Notes under the pieces: model-generated
The model's input: only the letters and a program-made list of their open reading frames with translations
The model's database searches: none
Told to the model about the DNA's origin: nothing
Origin: an uncultured bacterium
GTDB lineage: Bacteria; Verrucomicrobiota; Verrucomicrobiia; Verrucomicrobiales; DEV007
DNA length: 64,000 nt
Direction of reading: 5' to 3'
Assembly: GCA_963977015.1 (NCBI GenBank)
Contig: CAXBMO010000006.1
Coordinates: 160,001 to 224,000, forward strand
Shown: positions 38,661-48,309 of the stretch, piece by piece
Layout: every line of letters begins with the position of its first letter
Numbering within the stretch: position 1 is the stretch's first letter
Translations under genes and position numbers: made by a program

Positions 38661-39932
38661 TCAACCCGCCATTTCCAATCCCGCCAGGGTTCCGGTTCCG
38701 CTGGCGAATTTGTCCGCCTCGATCCCGAGCCGCTGAAGCATGCTGACGAATAACCTGGGCAATGCCTCATTGCGCGCCTGGTCGAATGCCAGATGTTGAC
38801 CATGTTTGAATCCGCCTCCGGCGAGCAGGATGGGCATGTTCTTCGTGTCGTGATTGTTCCCGTTGCCGAGGTTGCTGCCGTAAAGAACCATCGTCCGGTC
38901 CAGCAGCGGCCGGCCCCCGTCGTTGGTATCGCGGAGGCGCTTGAGCAGGCCGCCGAACGCCCGGAACTGGGCCAGTTCCAGATTCATGAGTTCCTTCAGC
39001 TTGTCCTCGCGCCCGACATGGTGGGAGAGGTTGTGGCTCTCGGTCGAGACGCCGGGGATGTGCGCCGAAAAGCCGTCGAGCTTGATGAGGAGGCTGATGA
39101 GGCGGGTCGAATCGGTCGCGAGCGCGAGGTGGATGAGGTCGTAGATCGTGGTGAGTTTGTCAGGGAGATACTCCGCGTCCGTCAGCGGTGGGACATCGAC
39201 CTTTGGCTTGGGTCTACGCTCCCATTCCTCGGCGATCTCCAGCCTGCGCTCGACTTCGCGGACCGAGGTAAAGTACTGGTCGAGTCGCTCCTTGTCGGCT
39301 TGGCCGAGCTTCTGTTGAAGCTCAGTCGCACGATGGGCGACGGTGTCCAGAATGCTGCGCCCGACGCGAAGATCATGAATCTGACGCTCGATCTCGGCCT
39401 CGGCGCCGGCAAAGAAGAGTGTCTTGAAAACGGCGGCCGGGCTGTTCTCTGCCGGGATCATCACGCCGCTGGAGGTGAAGGAGAGCGATTGATTCGTGCG
39501 CCTTTTGGCGACGACCAGCGGTAGGGCCGAGACCCGGGTTTGCTCCCCAATGTGGTCAGCCGCGAACTGGTCCAACGAGATGGAGTTGCGAAACGAAGCC
39601 GAGCCCGGGTGGGGGGCCGCGGTGAGGAACGTGGCCTCCGCAGAGTGGCCGCCGGTGACATTGGGATGCGAGCAACCGGAAATGACGGTGAAGTCGTCGC
39701 GGTAGTCGGCCAGCGTTTGGAGATAGGCGGGCAGGGCGTAGTCGGGGCCGCTCTGTTCGGGCACGAAGTGGCGGCTGAGGATGCCGAGATTCGTGTTGAT
39801 CGCGACGATCCGGCGGGGGACATCGCCAGCCGCTGCCGAAGCGCGCGCCGGGAGCATTGCCTCCAGAAACGGCAGGCCGAGTGCGACACCGGAGGCGCGG
39901 AGGAAGGTTCGGCGGTTGAGTGGGGTCTTCAT
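38661..39932 (-). CDS. DUF1552 family protein (Tat-exported)
   Basis: NRRTFLR.SGVALGLPFLEAM, SISLDQ, DKERLDQYFTSVREVE, HNLSHH, LLDRTMVLYGS, NNH..NMPILLAGG. Confidence 0.92.
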   Translation of the reverse strand: MKTPLNRRTFLRASGVALGLPFLEAMLPARASAAAGDVPRRIVAINTNLGILSRHFVPEQSGPDYALPAYLQTLADYRDDFTVISGCSHPNVTGGHSAEATFLTAAPHPGSASFRNSISLDQFAADHIGEQTRVSALPLVVAKRRTNQSLSFTSSGVMIPAENSPAAVFKTLFFAGAEAEIERQIHDLRVGRSILDTVAHRATELQQKLGQADKERLDQYFTSVREVERRLEIAEEWERRPKPKVDVPPLTDAEYLPDKLTTIYDLIHLALATDSTRLISLLIKLDGFSAHIPGVSTESHNLSHHVGREDKLKELMNLELAQFRAFGGLLKRLRDTNDGGRPLLDRTMVLYGSNLGNGNNHDTKNMPILLAGGGFKHGQHLAFDQARNEALPRLFVSMLQRLGIEADKFASGTGTLAGLEMAG

Positions 39933-42900
39933 GGATGGATGGTTTGTTCAAGAAACAAGGGGCTTGTCACGACCGCCTCGATCAGCGAGCGTACGCCGTG
40001 GCCTGAATCGGCCGTCTCACGAACGATTTCGTCGATCGCCGCGCGATCCGAAAAGCGGTAGCCCTTGCCGGTCGCATAAATCAGGAGCTGCCGGGCCAGA
40101 TTGCGAGCCAACGACCTTTCATCAGCCAGAAGCAACTCGCGCAGCCCGACCACGTCGTCGAAGGCACCGCCGTCCGGCAGTTGGCCACTGGCATCGACGG
40201 CTCCTCCCAGACGGATCGGTTTGCGATCGCCGCGCGCGGTGAGGACACTGACATGCGGCTCAAGTTGCTTGACGCGATCCTTGCCCTCGCCAACCCAAAC
40301 CATCTTCGGCCGCCCGCTGCCTCGGTAGTTATTGCGCCAACCGCCGATCACATCGAAATTCTCCAGCGCCATGCCGGGCGGGTCCATGATTTTGTGACAA
40401 CTGGCGCAGGACGCATCGGCGCGATGGGCTTCGATCATTTCGCGAATCGTCACCGCGCCGGTCGCATCCGGTTCAACCGCCGGGATATTCGGCGGGGGCG
40501 GGCGCAGCGGGATCCCCAGAATCCGCTCCGTGACCCAGACGCCGCGCAACACGGGGGAGGTCGCGGTTCCGTTGGCCGTGACCTTCAAGACCGAGGCCTG
40601 CGTCAGGAGCCCGCCCCGGGGGCTCTCGCGTGGTATCTTCACCTCGCGCAGTTGGCCTCCTGCGACGCCGCGAATGTCGTAGAGTTCGGCAAGGCGTTGG
40701 TTGATGAGAACGAAGTCCGAATCGACGATGTGACCAACGCTGCGGTTCTCGGTGATGAGCTTGCGGAAGTAAGCCCTCGTCTCGGCCAGCATTGAGTCGC
40801 GCAGCCACGGATCAAATTCCGGGTAGAGCTGGGGATCGGGCGTGGTGAAGTCGATGTCTTTCAGCTCAAGCCATTCGTCGAGAAAGTGCTCGATGAAGCG
40901 ATCCGATCGCGAATCGTCCAACATGCGCGTCACCTGAGCGCGCAAGGTGTCTGGCTTCGTCAATTCGCCAGATGACGCCAAACGCAGCAACTCGTCATCC
41001 GGCAGCGAGTTCCAGAGGAAATACGACAGCCTCGAGGCCAATGCCCTGTCCCCCTCCAGCCCGAGAAAGAGAAAATCCGGCGCGCAGAGAATCGCTTTGT
41101 AACCCGCGATCATCGCGTCCTTGAAACGTTCGCCCGCCAGCAGCTGCTGATCGACGATGGTGCGATACGGTTCGATATCAGCCTGTGCAACCGGTCGGCG
41201 AAAGGCGCGGGTGGCGAAGTCGGCGAGCATCTCGGAGGTATCCGGGGAACGCAGGTCCGGTTCGATCAACTTCACCGGCACGATCTCCACGCCGCTCACA
41301 CCGAGATTGCGATCCGCCTTCGTCTTCTCATCAAAAAAATCGTTGGGAAACCGCACGCCGATCATCGCGGCGCCCGCGCTTTGAATCTCGAACGTCCGGC
41401 GGATCGTCTGCGGTTCGGCACGGCCGGCTTCGATCTTGAAACGTCCGTGGGGCATCTCGCGCCCGTTCAGCATCGTCCAAAGTTGAGCCGGCTCGTCACC
41501 CGCCGGAGTTTGAAACGCGGTAACGCGTAGTTCATAGGTTCCCGGTTTGGGAAAATTCACCATCGTGGTGATCTCTCCGGGCAGGTTCAGCAACCACTCT
41601 GATTCCAGTGAGTGACCGTCGCCCTCAAACTGTTGATGGGACAATGTCAGGGGATCCGCGCAGGTTGGTTTGCCTTCGATCATGGGACGAGGAAACTTGC
41701 CGATGGGCGTTTCGCCGAACAGCCGTTGCTGGCTGCGTGGCGGCCACGATTCGAGCAGCGGGCCTTCGATCTCGAACCAATCGTAGGCAACCCCCGGGCC
41801 TTCGTAACTTCTAACGCCATTGTGGGCGCCCCCGCCCATCGGCCCCGTCCCCGGCAGCGTCATCGTGTGAAACGACACCTTCTCGCCGGGTTCCAGCCAG
41901 ACGCGGAATTCGTGCTCAGTCGGCTTGAGTGAAGGCGCGTCGAAAAACCCCAACACCTTTCCCTTGAGCGACGCCCGGACGACATGAACCACCTCGGCGT
42001 CGCCATAAAACGCGGTATTCTCCTCGGTTTCGCGCACGACGCGTTCGGGCATCGGGTCGCCGACCCACCCTTGCTTTTCGTCCCGCTTCCAACTCTCGGG
42101 TTTGGGGTTCTGCCAGCCGTGGAACTCGGTGTATTTGCGAATCACACTTCGCACGGCAGGCTCGATCGCGCCCTGATTCCAGCGACAACCCCAGATCGAA
42201 AATCGGACCCGATACCACCCGCCATGTTGCACCCGAAACTTGTCCGGCTGGAGTCCCTGTGGCTGGTGCGCGCCGAATATGCCGCTCAGCACCACCATCG
42301 AATCGGCCTTTCCATCGAACGAGGCGAGGCGGTAGAAGCCGGGATTTTCGACCGGGTGGCCAATGACCTTCGACGTCAGTTCCGGCGCCAGCTTGCCGTC
42401 GCGAATCGGCGCCGCCGAATGAATCCGAATCGCGGAGCGGCCTGTCGCTTGCTCGGCCGCCAAGCCTCGCCAAATCTGGGTTTCCGGCCGCTTCGGTGCC
42501 TCAACGACCGCTTGACGCAGAGCGACGTCGGCTGCGTCGAGGTATTTTCGAATCTGGACATGGGATAGTTCCAGCGCGCCCGGAACTTTGTCGAAGCCGT
42601 GTTGCTGACCATCTTCGGGCAGGACCTCCTTTACGCGCAGCAACGGCAGGGCGAGCAAATCCCGCAAGGTGTGCTCGTACTCCGTCCGGTTCATGCGGCG
42701 CACCAGACCCTTGCCGTCTCGCGTTTCGATCTCACGTTCGGCCGCCAGTAGCTGCCGGCTCAGATTGGCAACGAAGCCATCACGCGCGGCGCTCTCCGGC
42801 TGCGGCTTATTTATCGGCGGCATCTCGCCGGCGCGCACGCGGTCGTGGACCAGCACCCACTTGGCGAGCGTGTCAGGATCGGCGAGATCGCCTGTTAACG

Positions 42901-43054
42901 CGGTCAAATCGAGGCCGCCCTTCGTGGTGAGATCGTCATGACAATCGTAGCAGTGTTGCTCGAAGAAGGCGTTTTGCTTCGAATTCGGTGCCGCAAGGGC
43001 GGGCAAGGCAACGGCGAGGAAAAATAGTGTGGTCAAGAAAACGGTCAGATTCAT
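39929..43054 (-). CDS. DUF1587/1595/1592/1588/1585 multidomain protein with two CxxCH motifs and a CBM-like insert
   Basis: Signal peptide, CYDCH, RRMNRTEYEHTLRDLL, FATRAFRRPV, LASRLSYFLWNSLPD, RGGLLTQAS, TSPVLRGVW, CASCH..MDPPG..LENFD. Confidence 0.92.
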   Translation of the reverse strand: MNLTVFLTTLFFLAVALPALAAPNSKQNAFFEQHCYDCHDDLTTKGGLDLTALTGDLADPDTLAKWVLVHDRVRAGEMPPINKPQPESAARDGFVANLSRQLLAAEREIETRDGKGLVRRMNRTEYEHTLRDLLALPLLRVKEVLPEDGQQHGFDKVPGALELSHVQIRKYLDAADVALRQAVVEAPKRPETQIWRGLAAEQATGRSAIRIHSAAPIRDGKLAPELTSKVIGHPVENPGFYRLASFDGKADSMVVLSGIFGAHQPQGLQPDKFRVQHGGWYRVRFSIWGCRWNQGAIEPAVRSVIRKYTEFHGWQNPKPESWKRDEKQGWVGDPMPERVVRETEENTAFYGDAEVVHVVRASLKGKVLGFFDAPSLKPTEHEFRVWLEPGEKVSFHTMTLPGTGPMGGGAHNGVRSYEGPGVAYDWFEIEGPLLESWPPRSQQRLFGETPIGKFPRPMIEGKPTCADPLTLSHQQFEGDGHSLESEWLLNLPGEITTMVNFPKPGTYELRVTAFQTPAGDEPAQLWTMLNGREMPHGRFKIEAGRAEPQTIRRTFEIQSAGAAMIGVRFPNDFFDEKTKADRNLGVSGVEIVPVKLIEPDLRSPDTSEMLADFATRAFRRPVAQADIEPYRTIVDQQLLAGERFKDAMIAGYKAILCAPDFLFLGLEGDRALASRLSYFLWNSLPDDELLRLASSGELTKPDTLRAQVTRMLDDSRSDRFIEHFLDEWLELKDIDFTTPDPQLYPEFDPWLRDSMLAETRAYFRKLITENRSVGHIVDSDFVLINQRLAELYDIRGVAGGQLREVKIPRESPRGGLLTQASVLKVTANGTATSPVLRGVWVTERILGIPLRPPPPNIPAVEPDATGAVTIREMIEAHRADASCASCHKIMDPPGMALENFDVIGGWRNNYRGSGRPKMVWVGEGKDRVKQLEPHVSVLTARGDRKPIRLGGAVDASGQLPDGGAFDDVVGLRELLLADERSLARNLARQLLIYATGKGYRFSDRAAIDEIVRETADSGHGVRSLIEAVVTSPLFLEQTIHP

Positions 43055-43776
43055 CTGCGTTCAGATTTGGCGCGTTTGGTATTTTGTTTCGCTTGCCGTT
43101 TTAAATCGGCCTCGGTCTGGTGCATTCCATCAGCCGCCGCCTGACGCGCTTTGGCAAGATCGCGTTCCTCGATCGCGTTCAGGAGCTGATTGTGATGCCG
43201 CAACGCCACCTTCGCGCCGCTCTGCTTCAGCGTCTTGCGCCGCGACTCGAAGAGAAATTGCGCCATCACATCGAGCACGATCCCAAACACCGGATTGCCC
43301 GTCGCCTCGGCGACGATCTTGTGAAAGCGCATGTCGGCGAGGATTTGCTCCTCGATTGTTTTCGCCTTTGCCAGCGCGTCGTTCGCCTCGCGCATCTGCC
43401 GCAGATGCTCATCCGTCGCTTTCTCCGCCGCCTGCACGGCCGCCTCGATTTCCACCGGGCGCCGTACTTCGAGCACATCGAGCAACGTGACGCTGGAGCG
43501 TTCCATCAGGGTGCTGAGCCCGTCAATCACCACCTGCGTATTTGCCGGCAGCACCCTCGGCAGCTTGCCCTGCGAGATTTCCACCAGCCCCTGCGATTCC
43601 AGAATCCGCATCGCCTCGCGAATCACGGTGCGCGATACGCCGAGTTTCTCGGCCAACTCGCCCTGAGAAGGCAACTCGGCGCCAGGCTCGATCATTTCTT
43701 CGAGGATAAACAGTCGCAAGGCTTCGACGGCGCGAGTGACGAGGTTTTCCGGTTTGAGGTCACTCAAGGCGGGCAT
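43051..43776 (-). CDS. GntR/FadR family transcriptional regulator
   Basis: LPSQGELAEKLGVSRTVIREAMRILESQGLV wHTH and FCD domain (D.RFH..A..TGN, HH). ATG at 43776. Confidence 0.93.
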   Translation of the reverse strand: MPALSDLKPENLVTRAVEALRLFILEEMIEPGAELPSQGELAEKLGVSRTVIREAMRILESQGLVEISQGKLPRVLPANTQVVIDGLSTLMERSSVTLLDVLEVRRPVEIEAAVQAAEKATDEHLRQMREANDALAKAKTIEEQILADMRFHKIVAEATGNPVFGIVLDVMAQFLFESRRKTLKQSGAKVALRHHNQLLNAIEERDLAKARQAAADGMHQTEADLKRQAKQNTKRAKSERR

Positions 43777-43781
43777 GGGGA

Positions 43782-43811
43782 TCACTTATGTGATAAGTGA
43801 CAGGGTGTCAA
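43782..43811 (-). promoter_or_regulatory. Putative gntR promoter with overlapping palindromic operator
   Basis: TCACTTAT-GTG-ATAAGTGA perfect 8-bp inverted repeat (43782-43800). TTGACA on the minus strand at 43811-43806. Confidence 0.7.
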
Positions 43812-43906
43812 GAATGGACCGCCACTGATGGTTTCTCAGGCCACCTGCTTGCGGAATCCCCGGGCAGTTTTGAGCAATCGACAACAGATCGTTGTCCAAC
43901 GGGGTC

Positions 43907-44077
43907 ATGAAGGTTTGTCAATGTGTTGCTGCAATGCTTTTGAGCGTGGTCTGCCTGGTGGGGTGCAGCTCGACTCCCACGACCATGGGAACGGGTCAAA
44001 AGATTGTGCTGAAATCGATGCTGCCATTCTGTGGCAAGACGGTGAATTCAACAAGTGCTGCACCACTCGATCGATAG
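43907..44077 (+). CDS. Possible small lipoprotein or gene remnant
   Basis: MKVCQCVAAMLLSVVCLVGC signal peptide with lipobox, only 56 aa. Confidence 0.35.
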   Translation: MKVCQCVAAMLLSVVCLVGCSSTPTTMGTGQKIVLKSMLPFCGKTVNSTSAAPLDR

Positions 44078-44149
44078 GTTGCTCCAGTGCGGGGTGATGC
44101 GGGACTGAGTTGAGAGGGCAGGGCTGATCCAATGCCGGGAACCAATTGG

Positions 44150-44190
44150 CAGATTCGGTCGTTTTTCAGCTAGATTGCTGCGGCCGACGG
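44150..44190 (+). repeat. Degenerate direct repeat, copy 2
   Basis: CAGATTCGGTCGTTTTTCAGCTAGATTGCTGCGGCCGACGG. Matches 38600-38640 at an offset of 5550 bp. Confidence 0.75.
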
Positions 44191-44221
44191 CGTGGATTGG
44201 GTAACCCCGTTTTCCTATTCG

Positions 44222-45832
44222 ATGAACCCCACCATTGTATTGCTCCTTCTTCTTGTGATTCCGCTGGTTGGGCGCGCCGCAAGTGAAGTTCCGCTCCATC
44301 AACAAATCGATCACCTCGTCGAGGCGGAGGCAGGAGTGTCGGTAGCCAATTTGGCGGACGATGCCGAGTTTTTCCGGAGGGTGAATCTGGATTTTGCCGG
44401 GGTCATTCCAACGGCTGGAGAAACTCGCAAATTTCTGGACGATTCGTCGCCAACCAAAAGAAGGACGACGATTGACGCGCTGCTGAACGGTCCCCGCTAC
44501 GCTTCAACGATGCGCGACCGCTTCCACGTTCATCTGATGGAGCGGCGGGGCAGCGACGAGATCTGGATGGCTTGGCTGGAGAAGGCTTTTGCGGAAAACA
44601 AGCCTTGGGATCAAATGGCCCGGGAAATGATCCGGTCGGACTTTCGCGATGAACCGAATCGCGGAGCGGCTTATTTTTACGCGAAGCGGCTTGAGAAATA
44701 CGGTGCAAACGTCACTGATTATCCCGGGTTGACGCGTGACTTCGGACGTCTCTTTCTCGGGATGGACCTGCAGTGTGCCGAGTGCCACAAGCATCTCTTG
44801 ATCGATGACTATGACCAAGTCGACTTTCAGGGGCTCATGGCCGGGTTTTCAAAGTTGAAGTTGCTGCGCGAGGAATATCCGGCCGTGGAGGAGCAGCTCA
44901 CCACCGGGAAGCATGAATACAGTAGCGTGTTTGTTGGGAAGCCACGGATGGTTGGGCCCAAGATTCCTGGGCTGCCGGAAGTCGAGTTGGTTTCGTTCGA
45001 GAAGGATGACCTCTACATTCAGACGCCGGATCGAAAGACCAAGACGCCGGGCATTCCGCGCTTCAGCCCGCTTCAGCAGTTTGCGCAGCTTCTTCCCGAG
45101 GCGCCCACGTTTTCCGCGAACATCGTCAACCGCATGTGGTTTCTGATGATGGGACGTGGATTGGTCGAGCCGCTTGATCAGTTCCACTCGGAGAATCCGG
45201 CTTCGCATCCCGAATTGCTGAATTTGCTCGCGGCGGAGTTTGCGCGGCAAAATTTTGATATGAAGTGGCTCTTTCGCGAACTGGCACTCACGAAAACCTA
45301 TCAGCGCACGAGCCGGCTTCCTGGTGGAATCGAGCGGGGCGCCAACGACCGTCACTTTCTTTCCGCGACCGAACGCAGGCTCTCTGCCGAGCAACTTCTC
45401 GCGAGCACGTTGCAGGCCGTCAATGTTCAGCCGGAGGATGCGCCGCTTGAGAACAGCTCGCCTGAAGATGAAAGCGGTGACGAGATCATTGGGCTGAATG
45501 AGCGCTTCAATGCCGCGTTTGCCGCCGAAGCCCGCGAGCCGGAATACGAGTTCGCTCCAAGTTTGAAGAGTGCCTTGTTCACGATGAACGACGATGAAGT
45601 CGCCCGGCTCTTGCAACGCGACGACGCGCTTCCGGCCCAGTTGGCTCGTGAAACGGACAATGTGCGAATTGCGGAATCGCTTTTTCTCAATGTGTTCAGC
45701 CGAAGGCCGGAGAAGGAGGAGATTGATGATGTGGCGGCCTTTTTGACCGGTTTTCCGGGGGAACGCAAACAGGCGATAGTGGACGTGACCTGGGCGATGC
45801 TGACATCAACGGAATTTGTGGTGAATCACTGA
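44222..45832 (+). CDS. DUF1549/DUF1553 domain protein
   Basis: Signal peptide, DDAEFFRRVNLD..G.IPT, NKPWDQMAREMI, FLGMDLQCAECHKH, VNRMW...GRGLVEPLD, SHPELL, RRLSAEQL, EFVVNH. Confidence 0.92.
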   Translation: MNPTIVLLLLLVIPLVGRAASEVPLHQQIDHLVEAEAGVSVANLADDAEFFRRVNLDFAGVIPTAGETRKFLDDSSPTKRRTTIDALLNGPRYASTMRDRFHVHLMERRGSDEIWMAWLEKAFAENKPWDQMAREMIRSDFRDEPNRGAAYFYAKRLEKYGANVTDYPGLTRDFGRLFLGMDLQCAECHKHLLIDDYDQVDFQGLMAGFSKLKLLREEYPAVEEQLTTGKHEYSSVFVGKPRMVGPKIPGLPEVELVSFEKDDLYIQTPDRKTKTPGIPRFSPLQQFAQLLPEAPTFSANIVNRMWFLMMGRGLVEPLDQFHSENPASHPELLNLLAAEFARQNFDMKWLFRELALTKTYQRTSRLPGGIERGANDRHFLSATERRLSAEQLLASTLQAVNVQPEDAPLENSSPEDESGDEIIGLNERFNAAFAAEAREPEYEFAPSLKSALFTMNDDEVARLLQRDDALPAQLARETDNVRIAESLFLNVFSRRPEKEEIDDVAAFLTGFPGERKQAIVDVTWAMLTSTEFVVNH

Positions 45833-45837
45833 GAACG

Positions 45838-47106
45838 ATGAATCAACTCTGCACTCCATCAGATCATTCCCTTTCCCGCCGTCAGTTCTTGGGCGGGCTC
45901 GGCGGGGCGGCTTTGGGAGGTCTGGTATCTCCCGTCGTTGCCGAGGAACTCCGCAAGAGTGATAAACAGGTCCTCTTTGTTTGGCTCGACGGCGGAATGA
46001 GCCAACTCGAATCCTGGGATCCCAAGCCGAACACTCAATTCGGCGGCCCCTTCCGCCCCATTCCCACCAGCGTGCCCGGCACCCATATCTGCGAGCTCCT
46101 GCCGCGCTGCGCGAAGCAGATGCATCGGCTCACCATCGTGAGAAACATGCGCACCCAGGACAACAGCCATTCGGCCGGTGTCCCGCGCATCCTCCGGGGC
46201 GATCCGGCCAATCGCGGAGTGGAGTATCCCTGGTTCGGATCGGCGGTTTCCAAGCTGTTCGGCCCGGGCAAGAGTGGCTTGCCGCCTTACGTCTGGATCA
46301 AGCCCGGGAGCAGCGGTTTCAAAACGAGCACCGCTGGGTTTCTCGGCCCCAAGTATGGTGCGCTGGCTTTTGGCGATGGGAAGCCGCCGGAAAATTTCGA
46401 TCCGCCTGAGGAGATTTCTCCGGAGCGGGATGCGGCCCGGCAGGCTTTGCGAGAGCGGTTCAGCAATCGTTATGTAAAGGAGCGGCGGCCCCAGGCCAAC
46501 GAGGCAAATCTCCATGTGTTCGACATGGCGCAAACGCTCATGAAGCGTGCTGACTTGTTCGACACGACGAAAATTTCGGGCCGCGATGTGGAACGTTATG
46601 GCAAATCAGAACTGGGCAAGCACATGCTGGTCGCGCGCAATATGCTGGAAGCTGGAGTGCGGTTTGTTCAGGTTACGAGTTATGGTTGGGATTCGCATGG
46701 CGACCATTTCAACGCCGCCGCAAGCCTTCACCCGAAGTTCGACAACGCGTTTGCTTCGATCATCGAGGACCTGCACGAACGCGGGATGTTGGACCATGTG
46801 CTCGTCGTCGCGATGAGCGAGTTCGGTCGGACCCCGCGAATCAACGGGCACTACGGCCGCGATCATTGGCCCGAAGCATGGTCGATGGCGATGGCGGGAA
46901 CCGGGCTGACACCGGGGGGCGTGATTGGAGCAACGAGCAAGGATGGAACAGAGGTTGAGGAGCGAGGGTATGACATCGGGAGCGTCTTTCACACGTGGTA
47001 CAGCGCGCTCGGCATCGATTCGCTGAACGAAGAGTTTTACAATGGCGATCAGCCCCTGCCGATCGCTCATCATGAGATGGACCCCATCACAGAGGCGCTG
47101 GCATGA
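45838..47106 (+). CDS. DUF1501 family protein (Tat-exported)
   Basis: SRRQFL, WLDGGMSQLESWDPKP, GWDSH, SEFGRTPRIN, GRDHWP. Confidence 0.93.
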   Translation: MNQLCTPSDHSLSRRQFLGGLGGAALGGLVSPVVAEELRKSDKQVLFVWLDGGMSQLESWDPKPNTQFGGPFRPIPTSVPGTHICELLPRCAKQMHRLTIVRNMRTQDNSHSAGVPRILRGDPANRGVEYPWFGSAVSKLFGPGKSGLPPYVWIKPGSSGFKTSTAGFLGPKYGALAFGDGKPPENFDPPEEISPERDAARQALRERFSNRYVKERRPQANEANLHVFDMAQTLMKRADLFDTTKISGRDVERYGKSELGKHMLVARNMLEAGVRFVQVTSYGWDSHGDHFNAAASLHPKFDNAFASIIEDLHERGMLDHVLVVAMSEFGRTPRINGHYGRDHWPEAWSMAMAGTGLTPGGVIGATSKDGTEVEERGYDIGSVFHTWYSALGIDSLNEEFYNGDQPLPIAHHEMDPITEALA

Positions 47107-48215
47107 GCAAGATTCCTCCCATTGAGCCGAAGCCGCTTGGCATCTTGACGCCGGAGACGCACATCACGGCGCTGCGCTACAGTCCCTGTGGAAACATCCT
47201 CGCGGGAGCGTCGTTCGATCAACGGATCCGTCGCTGGGACCTGCGCACCGTTCGAGGCTCGGAACCCGAACCCCAAAAACCAAAAGCCGAGTACCCAGCC
47301 GCCCGGATGCCGGATGTCGGCGGGCATAATGGGTTCGTTAGTGCGGTAGAGTTTCATCCTTCGCGATTGCTGGCCATCAGTGCGGATACCTGGGGCGCGA
47401 TTCAAGCCTGGCCTTATCTCGCTGATGAACCGAATCAGCTTTGGACGCTACCGGCGGCACACGATGGTTGGATTCGCGAATTGAAGATCAGTCCCGACGG
47501 TGAGTGGTTGGTGAGTTGTGGGAAGGATGGAGTGGTGCGGATCTTTTCCACGATTGACGGCAGACTGCTCAGCGAAACGCATCATCATGGCGAAGACGTC
47601 TTTGCTGCTGCGATTCATCCGGACGGAAACCTGATCGCCTCGGCAGATATGCGCGCGCGCGTCATTTTACAGGAGGTTCCGACCGGGAAAGTGGTGCGGG
47701 AATTTGTTGCGGAGGATTTTTACCAGCTTCACCGGGAGCAGGACCTGGCCGGAATTCGCAAACTGGCCTTCACTCCGGACGGGAAGCAATTGGCCATAGC
47801 CGGAACTCATCCTTCCGGAGGCGGGTTTTTCCAGGGCCTGGCTCACATCCACCTGGTTGATGTTGAGTCCGGGGAGGACCAGCACCAGCTCGTCATGGGC
47901 GTTGAAAAGAAGGACATTTTTGTGCACGACCTGCACTTGCGAGCCGATGGGTTGATCTGCGCGGTTACTTCCGGACAACCCGGCGGAGGGAACCTGATCC
48001 TCCGTTATCCCCATGAAGATGAGCCGCGTTTGATGCACGCCAAAGGCACGGTCAATTGTCACAGCCTGGCGGTTTCGGGTGATGGTCAACGAATCGCGGT
48101 TTCCGCGACCAACACCGGTTCGAATGGCAACGGCAAGCGGCTGGACAAGGAAGGCAACTACGTTGGCAATTACTCGCCGATCCACGTTTTCGAAATCGAA
48201 CCGGGGCTGATTTGA
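47103..48215 (+). CDS. WD40-repeat protein
   Basis: GHNGFVSAVEFHP, AHDGWIRELKISPDG, IHPDG repeats. ATGA overlap with the DUF1501 gene. Confidence 0.88.
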   Translation: MSKIPPIEPKPLGILTPETHITALRYSPCGNILAGASFDQRIRRWDLRTVRGSEPEPQKPKAEYPAARMPDVGGHNGFVSAVEFHPSRLLAISADTWGAIQAWPYLADEPNQLWTLPAAHDGWIRELKISPDGEWLVSCGKDGVVRIFSTIDGRLLSETHHHGEDVFAAAIHPDGNLIASADMRARVILQEVPTGKVVREFVAEDFYQLHREQDLAGIRKLAFTPDGKQLAIAGTHPSGGGFFQGLAHIHLVDVESGEDQHQLVMGVEKKDIFVHDLHLRADGLICAVTSGQPGGGNLILRYPHEDEPRLMHAKGTVNCHSLAVSGDGQRIAVSATNTGSNGNGKRLDKEGNYVGNYSPIHVFEIEPGLI

Positions 48216-48309
48216 AACCGATTTCCATTGGTGTGCTGGCAGCTTCGGTCGTGGGGACTGGCGGCGGAGACGTCTCCTCCTCAGTGGCTGCAATTCGATC
48301 AATACGAAT

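Noticed and set aside
48216-48305. Possible attC 3'-half remnant before the TPR gene (similar hint at about 24960-25020)
   Set aside because: No matching inverted arm or intact core pair. The resemblance is impressionistic.
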